Positions 52,685-61,709 of a stretch of DNA of 64,000 nt are shown here, piece after piece. The stretch is from Pseudomonadota bacterium (GTDB taxonomy: Bacteria > Pseudomonadota > Alphaproteobacteria > Caulobacterales > Parvularculaceae). The notes below the pieces were generated by a model. That model was not told where the DNA came from. It ran no database searches and was given only the letters and a program-made list of their open reading frames with translations. Numbering within the stretch: position 1 is the first letter of the stretch; the number at the start of each line of letters is the position of its first letter. Both the position numbers and the translations under genes were made by a program. The DNA lies in contig JBCBBT010000001.1 of NCBI GenBank assembly GCA_038531315.1, forward strand, positions 30,469 through 94,468, given 5' to 3'.

Positions 52685-54811
52685 TTATTGGTTGGCCGTT
52701 CCCTTCGGCTTGAGGACCGTCAGCCTTTCGCCGGGTCGGCGCTCATTTGAAATATCTTCAAGGACGCCGTTTTCCATTTTTAAAACGCGGTCGGCGATAC
52801 GGATCAGCTCCGGGCGATGGGCGATGACAAATTTTGTCATCGCCATCGATTTCAGGACAATGCCGATCTCTTTTTCAGCCGCTTCATCGAGATTGGCCGT
52901 TCCCTCATCAAGAAACAGCATCTCCGGATTTCGATAGAGCGCCCTCGCCAACAGCAGCCTCTGGCGCTGGCCCCCGGACAAGGCTGCGCCCATGTCGCCG
53001 ATATAGGAAAAATAACCCATGGGCATCGCCTCGATTTCATCGGCGATACGCGCGGCGGCCGCGGCCTTCTTCACACGCTCATCGTCAAGCTCAGGATCAA
53101 AAAAAGCAATATTTTCCGATATCGTGCCCGACAACAGATTATCGTCCTGCATGACAACGCCAATCTGTGAACGGAAGTTCCTCAATCCGTGCGCAGCAAT
53201 CGAACGACCGTCAACGAGGACGCTGCCGGAAGACGGCGCCAATAGGCCGAGCATCACTTTCAACAGTGTCGTCTTACCGCCGCCCGAGGGGCCCGTAAGG
53301 GCGACAAACTCGCCGGCGCCGATCTCAACATTCACATTCTCGAACACACAAGGTTCGTGCACGCTATAGCGAAAGCTGAGATTGTCGAGCTTCATCGCGC
53401 CCGTTAGCGCGGCTTGCCCGTGCGCAGCGGCGCGATCAAGGCCCTCCTCCCGCGGGGTTTGCACGATATCGGTCAGCCGGTCGACATGGAGCCCGAGCAT
53501 TCGAAACTCAATGCCCTTTTCAACTAGCCCCAATACGCGCTCGACGAAATTCTGCCTGTACGCCATGAATGCGAAAAGCATCCCGATGGTCATATCGCCG
53601 CTCATCACAAATAACGAGCCGGCGAAAACGATCAGCACCACCTGAAAGCCAAAGGCCAGCGCATTGGCCAGCTTCAGGATGATTGTCAGTTTTTCTTCCG
53701 CAATCGTCGCATTGACAACGCGGGTATAAGCATTGCGCCAACCCGCTTCGCGATCGGCCTCTCCGCCAAAAAGTTTAATCGCGCGGGCGCCGTTCAGCGT
53801 CTCCATCAGGAAAGTCTGCTCGACCGCCTTGTCGATAATCTTCTGCTCATTGCGACGGCGGAGCATAGGGAAAAGAATGAGCGATACGCCAGCGAATATC
53901 GCAGTCGTAAAGAATACGATCAGAGCGAGCCGCCAGTCGTAATAGATGATCAGCGCCGCTGTCGTCAGCGCCATCAAGCCATCGATCAAGGCTGCGACAA
54001 CGCCTTGCGTCATCGCTTCTTGTATCGGCTGCACCGACATCATGCGGGAAATAATGTCGCCCATGTGACGTTTTTCAAAATACGATGTCGGTAGCCTGAT
54101 CAAATGGCGCAGAACATTGCCGGCCATTTGAAAGGTCAGCGATTGACCGATCAGCAGGATGACGAGCGACCGCAGGGCTTCGGTCGCCGCGCTCAGGAGA
54201 TACAAAAACCCAAATCCCAGCGCGAGGATCAACAAAAAATTCTGGTCATATCGGATGATCGCTTCGTCGACGGCGATTTGCAGATAGAGCGGCAACGCAA
54301 GAACAAAGGCCTGATAAATAACCGATAGCAAAATGATTTGCGCCAGCGCCCTTTTGAGGCCGCTCATCTTGCTCCAGAAATCTGTCAACCGCGTACGGAC
54401 CAGATGTGATTGCGGTTTGAAGCTGGCCGTGGGCGAAAGCTCCAGCGCCACACCGGTGAAATGGCTTGACGCCTCCGACAGCGACATCTGAATGCGGCCG
54501 CGCGCCGGATCGTTGATCACAAGCTTGTCGCCGCGGGTTTTCACCAGAACGACAAAGTGGCTCATGTCCCAGTGTAAGATCGCCGGACAGGAGAGATCGG
54601 GCAGGCTCTCCAGCTCCAGCTTGACGGCGCGCGCGCTCAGCTCAAGGTCGTCAGCGATCGCAATGAGCTGGCGCAGCGTCGCGCCTTTTAACGACGGCGC
54701 ATATTTCTGTCGCAACTGAAGAATATCGATGTGGAGGCCATAATGTGAAGCGACCATTGCAAGACTTGCAAGGCCGCATTCGGTCGCTTCGCCCTGAATG
54801 ATTGTTTTCAT
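52685..54811 (-). CDS. lanT: Bacteriocin/lanthipeptide ABC exporter with N-terminal C39 leader peptidase (LanT/CvaB-like)
   Basis: C39 domain with catalytic Cys (QGEATECGLASLAM), His (HWDMSHFVVL) and Asp (NDPARG). It has six TM segments, Walker A GPSGGGKTTLLK, signature LSGGQRQRLLLARAL and Walker B MLFLDEGT. Confidence 0.92.
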   Translation of the reverse strand: MKTIIQGEATECGLASLAMVASHYGLHIDILQLRQKYAPSLKGATLRQLIAIADDLELSARAVKLELESLPDLSCPAILHWDMSHFVVLVKTRGDKLVINDPARGRIQMSLSEASSHFTGVALELSPTASFKPQSHLVRTRLTDFWSKMSGLKRALAQIILLSVIYQAFVLALPLYLQIAVDEAIIRYDQNFLLILALGFGFLYLLSAATEALRSLVILLIGQSLTFQMAGNVLRHLIRLPTSYFEKRHMGDIISRMMSVQPIQEAMTQGVVAALIDGLMALTTAALIIYYDWRLALIVFFTTAIFAGVSLILFPMLRRRNEQKIIDKAVEQTFLMETLNGARAIKLFGGEADREAGWRNAYTRVVNATIAEEKLTIILKLANALAFGFQVVLIVFAGSLFVMSGDMTIGMLFAFMAYRQNFVERVLGLVEKGIEFRMLGLHVDRLTDIVQTPREEGLDRAAAHGQAALTGAMKLDNLSFRYSVHEPCVFENVNVEIGAGEFVALTGPSGGGKTTLLKVMLGLLAPSSGSVLVDGRSIAAHGLRNFRSQIGVVMQDDNLLSGTISENIAFFDPELDDERVKKAAAAARIADEIEAMPMGYFSYIGDMGAALSGGQRQRLLLARALYRNPEMLFLDEGTANLDEAAEKEIGIVLKSMAMTKFVIAHRPELIRIADRVLKMENGVLEDISNERRPGERLTVLKPKGTANQ

Positions 54812-54851
54812 TGCGGCGTCCACAGATAAAAAATGGCCCGGTCCATATTGC

Positions 54852-56072
54852 TCAGGTCCCGGACTGCAAAAGGCGCCACATGCGCCGCCGCTCAAGCAAA
54901 ATGTCGGCCTTTAAAAGCATGCCCGCTTGCAGCGGAAAGCGATCGTCATTGAAGGAAATCGACTGCTCCTCGATATCGACTGTGACGCTGTAGACCGGCT
55001 CTTCAAGCGCAACCGAAATCGGCAGCTCGCTCGGATTATAAACCGACCGCGAAATGGTATTCACGGTGCCGCGCACGACGCCGAATTTCTGATGGGGAAA
55101 CGCGTCCAGGCGCAGGTTCACATCCTGGCCGGATTTTACAAAGCCGGCCGCACTGGTCGGCACGAACAATTCGACTTGCAGGTACCCGCCCTCCGGGATA
55201 AGCGCCATCAGCATTCTGCCGCCGCCGGCGGTCTGCCCTTTGCGTAGCGGCGCCGCGGCGATAGAGCCCGCGACGGGCGCCGTCAGAACGATGCTCCGGC
55301 TCGCTTCATATTCCGCGCGTTGACGTGAAAGCGTCTCCAACTGGTTTCTCAATTCCGACGCCGCCGCTTGCCGGTCGCCGGGAAGATCGACAAGCACCCC
55401 TTCCGCCTCCTCGATCTGACGGGTAATCGCCAGCCGCTCACGCCCCAGCTGGGTCTGGTTTTGCGTCAAAATCAGCAAGGCTTCTTCATGCTCAAGCACT
55501 TCGATATCGGACGCATTATCTTCGGCGGCGAGCGCGCGATAACGCCCGAGCACCTGATCAGCAATTCTGACGCGCTGCTTCTGGGCTCTTTCCTGTTGTT
55601 GGACGGCGGCCAGTTCAACCTTCAGGCTTTCGACGCGCGCCCTCAGCTGTCGCTCTTTTGCGTCATACTGTTTTTGAAGCGGCGCGAGGCGCTCATAAAC
55701 CTCGTTGTACTGCGCATTGAGGCTTTCCAGTTTCACGGTCGCAGCGCTTCGCCCGTCGGTCAGCGCGTTGTCGAAGTCAAGCGTCACAAGCCGCGCGCCG
55801 GCGGCGACCACATCGCCTTCTTTTGCATGAACTTCCTGGATTACTCCTTCTTGCGAAGAGACAATTCGTACAAGGCCTTTATCGGGGGCCAGCCATCCGA
55901 TTACCGTTTGCTTTCGCGTATAAGAAGCAAAGACCAGAAAAATGAGAAGGCCGATGAACAATAGCGATAATAGAAGCGTGATCGTCCAGTGAGATAACGG
56001 CGTATCAAGGCGCACTTCGCCGTAGAGGCGTTGCGTTTGTTTCTCGACGACTTCTTTTCGAAAAAGTGCCAT
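54852..56072 (-). CDS. HlyD-family secretion adaptor (CvaA/LcnD-like bacteriocin export accessory protein)
   Basis: N-terminal LFRKEVVEKQTQRLYGEV plus a TM segment, a long coiled coil, and a C-terminal beta-barrel (LLKADILLERRRMWRLL). Start placed at MALFRKE; the track ORF opens at 56093. Confidence 0.88.
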   Translation of the reverse strand: MALFRKEVVEKQTQRLYGEVRLDTPLSHWTITLLLSLLFIGLLIFLVFASYTRKQTVIGWLAPDKGLVRIVSSQEGVIQEVHAKEGDVVAAGARLVTLDFDNALTDGRSAATVKLESLNAQYNEVYERLAPLQKQYDAKERQLRARVESLKVELAAVQQQERAQKQRVRIADQVLGRYRALAAEDNASDIEVLEHEEALLILTQNQTQLGRERLAITRQIEEAEGVLVDLPGDRQAAASELRNQLETLSRQRAEYEASRSIVLTAPVAGSIAAAPLRKGQTAGGGRMLMALIPEGGYLQVELFVPTSAAGFVKSGQDVNLRLDAFPHQKFGVVRGTVNTISRSVYNPSELPISVALEEPVYSVTVDIEEQSISFNDDRFPLQAGMLLKADILLERRRMWRLLQSGT

Positions 56073-56114
56073 AGCGTTGATTATGACCGGCAAAATCCGT
56101 GATGACGAGGAATT

Positions 56115-59100
56115 TTAGCGCGGCGGCTCAAGCGCCAATATCGACGGCGTTTCGGGATCGGCGCACCGCAAGAGGCCATAACCGATCCCGGCGACGCCGG
56201 ACATCATGCCAAGCGGCTGCACCTGCGGGGCAAAACCGGTCCGCCAGCCGACTTTGGAGATGCTTTTGAGGACGCCGGCGGCGATCCGGTCGACGGCGTC
56301 CGACAAGTCCGGCTTGTCCAGTGCGGCCGCCATGACGCGCATACAATCGAGATTTCCAAAATCGCCGTGGCAAAGGCTGTGATTGCGGCCAAACCCTTCC
56401 GTGCGCGTCGTTGCGGCGGCTGTAAGAATCTCCTCGTCAACGTCGCCGCCGGACGGCGCCAGACCCTGCCGTTTCATCAGGGCCCGACTGAGACCGATCC
56501 CCGGCGCGCCGTGGCACCAGGCGACAACAAAGTTCTCAGATTGCGCTTCGGTTTCGCCGGGCCTCAGCCCTTCACGGACGTCGCGCCAATTGCCTTCTCG
56601 CGGGGCGAAAAGACTTCGATCATAGGCCAGCGCTTTCTCGCCAACTGCAGAAAATCGCTGGTCGCCAAATGCTTTGCCAAGCCGTCGCAATGCCAGTGCA
56701 ATGCCGGCAGCCCCGTGGGAAAATCCACCCAGCGGTTTTGGGCCGGCGACGTCCAGCAACCAGCCGGCGCCAGTTTCAGTTTCTACAACATTCGTCAGCA
56801 AATGGTCGCCGCAGGCAAGCGCATGGTCGCGCAGGTCGGGGTCGCCGCAATCGATCAGATTTAGCGCGCTTAACAAAAATCCGGCCGCGCCCCCCACGAC
56901 GTCGTAGATCCTGTCATCGCGCGCGAGCGTTTCGGCCGGCGGCAGCAGCTCCATGATGTCTGAGACAGTCGACGGATCATCCCACAACGACGACAAATGA
57001 TGCGCCGTATAGAGAAGGCTTCCCCATCCGGTGAAAGCGCCGATGCCGTCGACCTGTCGCCGCCCGCCGCGCAAGATAAATACCGTATTTCGCCAGGCCG
57101 CTTCAGCGATATCACGATAGGCGCCCTCGCCCGACGTCTTTGCAAGATAGGCGAAAAAGAGCGCCATGCCCGGCAAACCGGAATAAAGGTCCTCTCCAGC
57201 GTCGCGGTAGACCCAATGTACGCTTTCGCCAGGCACACACGTGAACCACGAGGCGCCGCCGCCGCCGCGAAAACTCAACCGCGCAAGATATTCAGCAACG
57301 TCCCTCGCGGCGTTCAGATAGTCCTGCGGCGGACAAACCGACGGCGCCGCATCAATGGGGTAATCTTCAAACCCGCCGGCGCCCGCATTCGCCGCGCGCA
57401 CGGACAGTGATTTCTCGATTAGCCAACTCTGTCGCAGCCGGTCGGCGGGGCCGAAGTTTTCGAGCTTTTCGGCCATCGTTTCGCGCGCTGAGACGGGGAA
57501 AAAATCGTCGAAGGTTTCACCATTGCAAGCTGTCAGCGACCGTTCGCCGACAAGCGTTGAAAAAGCCGGAATATCATTGCGCCAATAGGCTGCGCGCTCG
57601 GCTTCAGCGACGTGCGCCAGGACAGGATATCGCACGACATCGACCCAAAGCCGATCGAAATAAAGATCCCGCTCAAGCGCGTTGCCCAGCATTCGTGGAT
57701 GAAATGCGTCCGATAGTTGCAGCCCATAATAAAATGTCGGCCGCAGAATAATTCGGACCTGCGCATCGTCGAACACGCTGAGAGGTCCGCGCTTTGACAA
57801 TAAGAATTCTCGATTTTTCGCGAGCATGTCATAAGCGTCATGAAAGCCATCGAGGAGGTCGGCAAGGAAGTCGCTCGCGTCAACTGGCGCGCCTTGCAAG
57901 GTTGCGAGATGATTGCCAGGCGGGATCGGCGTCTTTTCACGTATTAGCCGCATGCGATCCGTACCGGGATCAGCAATGACGAGCAACGCCACAGACGATA
58001 ACTGGTCGCCCGCGGTCAAGCCGCCGATATCGACGCCGTCGCGGGCGTCGCCGGTTTTCCAAATCTGTTGCGGCAAGAGGCCAGGCCCGAGAACTGACCT
58101 GAACACTTCGTTTCCTGGCGGCGCATGGTCGCCGAGAAATCCAAGTAACGACAAATCTGGCTGGATCAGCGTTTCAAGATCGACGAGCATGGGAAACGCG
58201 CCGGCGGCGATAATGTTCTCGTGGTGAAAGTCGCTCGCGTTGAACAGATAAAGCAAGCCCAAATAAGCGCCTTGCCGGTAGAAAAAATCCTTGACCTCGC
58301 CTGCGTCAGCGCAGGGCTTTTGCTCGATATATTCGACCCAGCCATATCCATCTTGCGCCAGGACCTGCGGGAGCTTCAGGTCTTTTTTCAGATCCTGCGC
58401 ATTCACCCAATCAATGAAGCCTGCGAATGCGCAATAGATCGAGAGCGACTGCGGCCGATATACGAGTTTCTCCCCCGTTGAAAATTTTAGGATCGATACA
58501 GATCGTCCGCCATGGTGATCATCGCCAGCTTCAAGCACAATTGACGCAAGCTGTTTTGCCTCCCCCGAAAAGAACATTTCGAAAATCGCCGCTTCATCGC
58601 GAACGTAGGCGTCCAGCAGCTCGCTGACAAAGCGCTCCCATTGCGCAATCGCCTCCAGCAAGAGCCTCAACAGCACCGGATAAGCCTCAAGCAACGTGTT
58701 CCGGTAGTCGGGCTCACCCACAAGCGCGCAGAAATGATCGAAACGGGCCCGCGGCGTTGTTCCGTCTAATTCCTTGTGCTCTCGCTTGCGTTCCAGTTCT
58801 TGCAGAAGCGCGCGCTGCGCCATTCTCGCGACTTTGCCCAGCAGAAATGAAAATGCGTCGTCGACAAATTCCCGCCTGTTTAGGTGGGATTGCGCACCCG
58901 CCGCGACGCTATATTGGTCAATCCGGGCATAGGCGGCGGCTAACTCAGGGCCGACAAGCGCCGGGAAAACCTCAAGGTGTTCGGCGTTCGCCGGCGGAAT
59001 GCGCGCTAACAACTCACGCCATTTTTCGTCATAGCCGCCAGTTTCGCGGACATGCTCTTGGGGGATATGGCCGACAATGTTGCCGTGTAACGCATGGTTG

Positions 59101-59549
59101 TCGCGTGACGCACGGCTATCAGATGACGCATTGACCAGATCGTCCTGCGTGCGGCGCTTAGTTTCTGGATTCACGGAGAAAAGCCGCCGACCGGTATCGT
59201 TGTCCGAAGCGCCCGCAAGTTCCGCCGGCGTCGGTTCTAACGACAGAACATCGATAAAACCCTCAAAGGTGAGGTCGGAGGCTTCGAGGCGCCGGCTAAA
59301 AACATCGTCATTTTCAAAGGGACGTTGCGCGCGCCACCGCTGCACCAAATCTAGCAAGTCAATGTTCGAGCCGCGCGTTGCGTAATTTTCATGCTTATCG
59401 ACGTGCAGCGCCTCAGCACCCAGCCCATCGACATAATTGTCGCCGCCGTCGCTAACGAGGCCACGCGACATCGTGCGCGCTGCAATCAGTTTTTTTCGGT
59501 CGTTAAGGTTTAGAGCGCGTGCGCGCGATCCCATCTTGCGTTCCAACAT
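56115..59549 (-). CDS. lanM: Class II lanthipeptide synthetase (LanM: dehydratase plus LanC-like cyclase)
   Basis: Dehydratase region motifs GDDHHGGRSV, YRPQS, DFHHENIIA and LVDLET. The C-terminal cyclase carries GFSHGAAGIALAL, WCHGAPGIGLSR and SLCHGDFGN (Cys/Cys/His zinc ligands). It is about 1140 aa; the start could be the second ATG at 59534. Confidence 0.93.
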   Translation of the reverse strand: MLERKMGSRARALNLNDRKKLIAARTMSRGLVSDGGDNYVDGLGAEALHVDKHENYATRGSNIDLLDLVQRWRAQRPFENDDVFSRRLEASDLTFEGFIDVLSLEPTPAELAGASDNDTGRRLFSVNPETKRRTQDDLVNASSDSRASRDNHALHGNIVGHIPQEHVRETGGYDEKWRELLARIPPANAEHLEVFPALVGPELAAAYARIDQYSVAAGAQSHLNRREFVDDAFSFLLGKVARMAQRALLQELERKREHKELDGTTPRARFDHFCALVGEPDYRNTLLEAYPVLLRLLLEAIAQWERFVSELLDAYVRDEAAIFEMFFSGEAKQLASIVLEAGDDHHGGRSVSILKFSTGEKLVYRPQSLSIYCAFAGFIDWVNAQDLKKDLKLPQVLAQDGYGWVEYIEQKPCADAGEVKDFFYRQGAYLGLLYLFNASDFHHENIIAAGAFPMLVDLETLIQPDLSLLGFLGDHAPPGNEVFRSVLGPGLLPQQIWKTGDARDGVDIGGLTAGDQLSSVALLVIADPGTDRMRLIREKTPIPPGNHLATLQGAPVDASDFLADLLDGFHDAYDMLAKNREFLLSKRGPLSVFDDAQVRIILRPTFYYGLQLSDAFHPRMLGNALERDLYFDRLWVDVVRYPVLAHVAEAERAAYWRNDIPAFSTLVGERSLTACNGETFDDFFPVSARETMAEKLENFGPADRLRQSWLIEKSLSVRAANAGAGGFEDYPIDAAPSVCPPQDYLNAARDVAEYLARLSFRGGGGASWFTCVPGESVHWVYRDAGEDLYSGLPGMALFFAYLAKTSGEGAYRDIAEAAWRNTVFILRGGRRQVDGIGAFTGWGSLLYTAHHLSSLWDDPSTVSDIMELLPPAETLARDDRIYDVVGGAAGFLLSALNLIDCGDPDLRDHALACGDHLLTNVVETETGAGWLLDVAGPKPLGGFSHGAAGIALALRRLGKAFGDQRFSAVGEKALAYDRSLFAPREGNWRDVREGLRPGETEAQSENFVVAWCHGAPGIGLSRALMKRQGLAPSGGDVDEEILTAAATTRTEGFGRNHSLCHGDFGNLDCMRVMAAALDKPDLSDAVDRIAAGVLKSISKVGWRTGFAPQVQPLGMMSGVAGIGYGLLRCADPETPSILALEPPR

Positions 59550-59560
59550 CTGAAACGACA

Positions 59561-59585
59561 GGCCGGCCTCAAAAAGAGGCCGACC
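59561..59585 (-). terminator. GC-rich hairpin between the precursor gene and lanM (candidate attenuator)
   Basis: The minus-strand RNA is GGUCGGCCUC-UUUUU-GAGGCCGGCC (10-bp stem, one mismatch). It lies 16 nt after the lanA stop and 11 nt before the lanM ATG. Confidence 0.6.
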
Positions 59586-59600
59586 CTTGATCGTCGCCGA

Positions 59601-59786
59601 TCAATAGCAGTGCTTCGGCGGGCAAGGCGAGCTAAACGGCGACGGGCCGCCGCAACCGCCGGAAACGCTGGCGAGCGCTTCGTCGTCGAGCTCGAGAATA
59701 TCCCCGGCCGCGCTCTTCTTCGGCTCGGCAAGTGCTTCTCTCTTCTTGGGGTCACGCAACGCTTTGAGCAAGTCTTCTTTTTTCAC
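59601..59786 (-). CDS. lanA: Lanthipeptide precursor peptide (LanA), double-glycine leader plus a 17-aa Cys/Ser/Pro-rich core
   Basis: MKKEDLLKALRDPKKREALAEPKKSAAGDILELDDEALASVSGG | CGGPSPFSSPCPPKHCY. GTG start 4 nt after the strong SD GAAGGAGG. It sits immediately upstream of lanM, and I translated it by hand from the DNA. Confidence 0.85.
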   Translation of the reverse strand: MKKEDLLKALRDPKKREALAEPKKSAAGDILELDDEALASVSGGCGGPSPFSSPCPPKHCY

Positions 59787-59916
59787 AAGTCCTCCTTCAG
59801 CGACGCAGAGGTCACTGTTGTTAATGTAAAAATGCTAGACACTCTAAGGCTTGAAAGAAGTCTTTGACGCCACTCGCATTGAGCAATACTAGCTATACGG
59901 ATCAAAAACGTCTTCC

Positions 59917-59930
59917 GTTTACAGGTAAAC
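59917..59930. promoter_or_regulatory. Perfect inverted repeat GTTTAC-AG-GTAAAC in the AT-rich region upstream of lanA
   Basis: 6+2+6 palindrome about 130 bp upstream of the lanA start, within a 280-bp stretch of markedly lower GC. Confidence 0.4.
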
Positions 59931-60066
59931 ACCTTTTTCATTCGCCAACAAGTAAAAAATCGATCATGTCGGCTCGACGCCCGGAGTAAACTACACGGTG
60001 TACAAACTTTTACCTGATCGTTTTCAAACCGCTGGCTACGCATCAATGCGGAAACCGGCGCCAAAA

Positions 60067-61626
60067 TCAGCCAAGCATTGCGACGATTCGGCGCGCAACT
60101 CGGAAACTGTTGGCGAGAATCGTCAGCGTCGGCGGGGAACCGCCGGACGTCGGCATAAAGGAGCCGTCGACAACGAAAACCCCCCGGGTCCCGTGGAGTT
60201 GGCAATCCCTATCGAGCACGGAGACCGACGGATCAACGCCAGCGCGGCACGTGCCCATGACAAGATAGGACGATGTCGCACCGATATCGGTGAGCTTTAC
60301 AGATGTCGCGCCTACATCTTCGAGGATTTCCCCAGCGCGCGCGCCAAGCCATGCGCCGACTTTTCTGTGATGCGGATGCGGATCGAGGTGTATCCGCGCG
60401 ACCGGCAGTCCCCAACGGTCTGTGACGTTATCATCTAACTCAATAAATGTGTCATCCGTAGCGAGATAATCGTGGAAAACTTCAAAGTGTAGACGCTTTG
60501 ACCGACCATCATGACGCGCGTCGTCGTCCGGCCTTAGCTGCGGTTCAAAATCAAAGCGGATGACGCCGCCCTTTGCCAGCGCGCAGACATCGTCCGGCAG
60601 GAAGTAATAATCCATGACTGAGCGACCGACGAAGGGATCGCCGCTCTCGTCAGCATTGCCGGCGCCTTGCGGCAGGTCGCCATGGCCCATGGTGACCGCG
60701 TGAAATTGCAAATTGCGGCCAACGAGACCATTGTCGTTGCCGAGGCCGTCAGGAAACCGGGCCGATTTTGACAACAAAAGAAGGCGCGCCGATTCAATGG
60801 CTGAGGCGCAGATGCAAACGATCTTCGCTTCGACTTCAATGTCAGCGCCGGCCTCGTTGCGGTAAACAACGCCCTTTGCGCCGCTATGTCCGACGCGCAC
60901 CTCGCGGACCATTGCATTTGCTTCAACGCGGCAAAAACCGGTTGCTTCCGCGCGCGGCAACAGGGCTGCCTGCGTTGACCCGCGCGCGCCCGTCGGACAA
61001 CCGAACCCCGCACATGACGGGCAATAGGAGCACGCCGGCCGGCCCTGATACGCTGATGAATTCACGGCGCGCGGCGTCGGGAAAGCCGTGAGCCCGCGCG
61101 CCCTGCATGCGCTTTCAATATCGGCGGCGATCGGATGGGCGCGCAACGGGGCCATCGGATAGGCCGACGAGCGCGCGCCTTCGAACGGGTTGGCGCCGCT
61201 AAGACCGCTGACCCCCGCCTCACGTTCCGCCTCTGTGTAGAAGGGCTCCAGGTCGTGATAGCCAAAGGGCCAGTCGGCAAGCCCGAAGCCGCCTCCAAAG
61301 CGAGACCGCATCCGGAAATCATCCGGATGAAACCGATAGAAGTAAGCGCCCATATGCGCCGTTCCGCCGCCGACGCATGAGGCGACCCAGCCCAGCGTTG
61401 TCCGGTGCGCCATTGTCGTTTTTTTGGTTACAACAGTGTGGGGATCATCTTCAATCGAGGGCGTGAACAGGCCGTGTTCAATGACAAGCGGGTCATGAAC
61501 ATAATCGTCCGGATCAAAGCGCGGGCCTTTTTCAAGGACCAGCACGTTCTTTTTCGCCTGCGACAAGCGCAACGCCAACGGGCCGCCGCCCGCGCCGCTT
61601 CCAATGATGACAACATCAACGCGCAT
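60067..61626 (-). CDS. GMC-family FAD-dependent oxidoreductase
   Basis: N-terminal dinucleotide fold VDVVIIGSGAGGGPLALRL, and the length and C-terminal region are typical of GMC oxidoreductases. Start placed at MRVDVV; the track ORF opens at 61680. Confidence 0.85.
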   Translation of the reverse strand: MRVDVVIIGSGAGGGPLALRLSQAKKNVLVLEKGPRFDPDDYVHDPLVIEHGLFTPSIEDDPHTVVTKKTTMAHRTTLGWVASCVGGGTAHMGAYFYRFHPDDFRMRSRFGGGFGLADWPFGYHDLEPFYTEAEREAGVSGLSGANPFEGARSSAYPMAPLRAHPIAADIESACRARGLTAFPTPRAVNSSAYQGRPACSYCPSCAGFGCPTGARGSTQAALLPRAEATGFCRVEANAMVREVRVGHSGAKGVVYRNEAGADIEVEAKIVCICASAIESARLLLLSKSARFPDGLGNDNGLVGRNLQFHAVTMGHGDLPQGAGNADESGDPFVGRSVMDYYFLPDDVCALAKGGVIRFDFEPQLRPDDDARHDGRSKRLHFEVFHDYLATDDTFIELDDNVTDRWGLPVARIHLDPHPHHRKVGAWLGARAGEILEDVGATSVKLTDIGATSSYLVMGTCRAGVDPSVSVLDRDCQLHGTRGVFVVDGSFMPTSGGSPPTLTILANSFRVARRIVAMLG

Positions 61627-61709
61627 AAGCTTGCCGAAGGCTAAAGCAAAAGGCCCTTGACGCCTATAGCGCGCCGTCATCTATTCAGGCGGCGGAAGGA
61701 CGCGGACGC

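Noticed and set aside
59783-60205. Minus-strand ORF open across the whole lanA upstream spacer. It includes a possible MKKVFTCKRK...TLTTVTSASLKEDL peptide that could be taken for a second precursor.
   Set aside because: There is no Shine-Dalgarno sequence before any internal ATG and no double-glycine or other leader motif. The C-terminal Ser/Thr stretch has no Cys. The ORF starts inside the GMC gene in another frame and overlaps the lanA start. An open frame here is plausible by chance.
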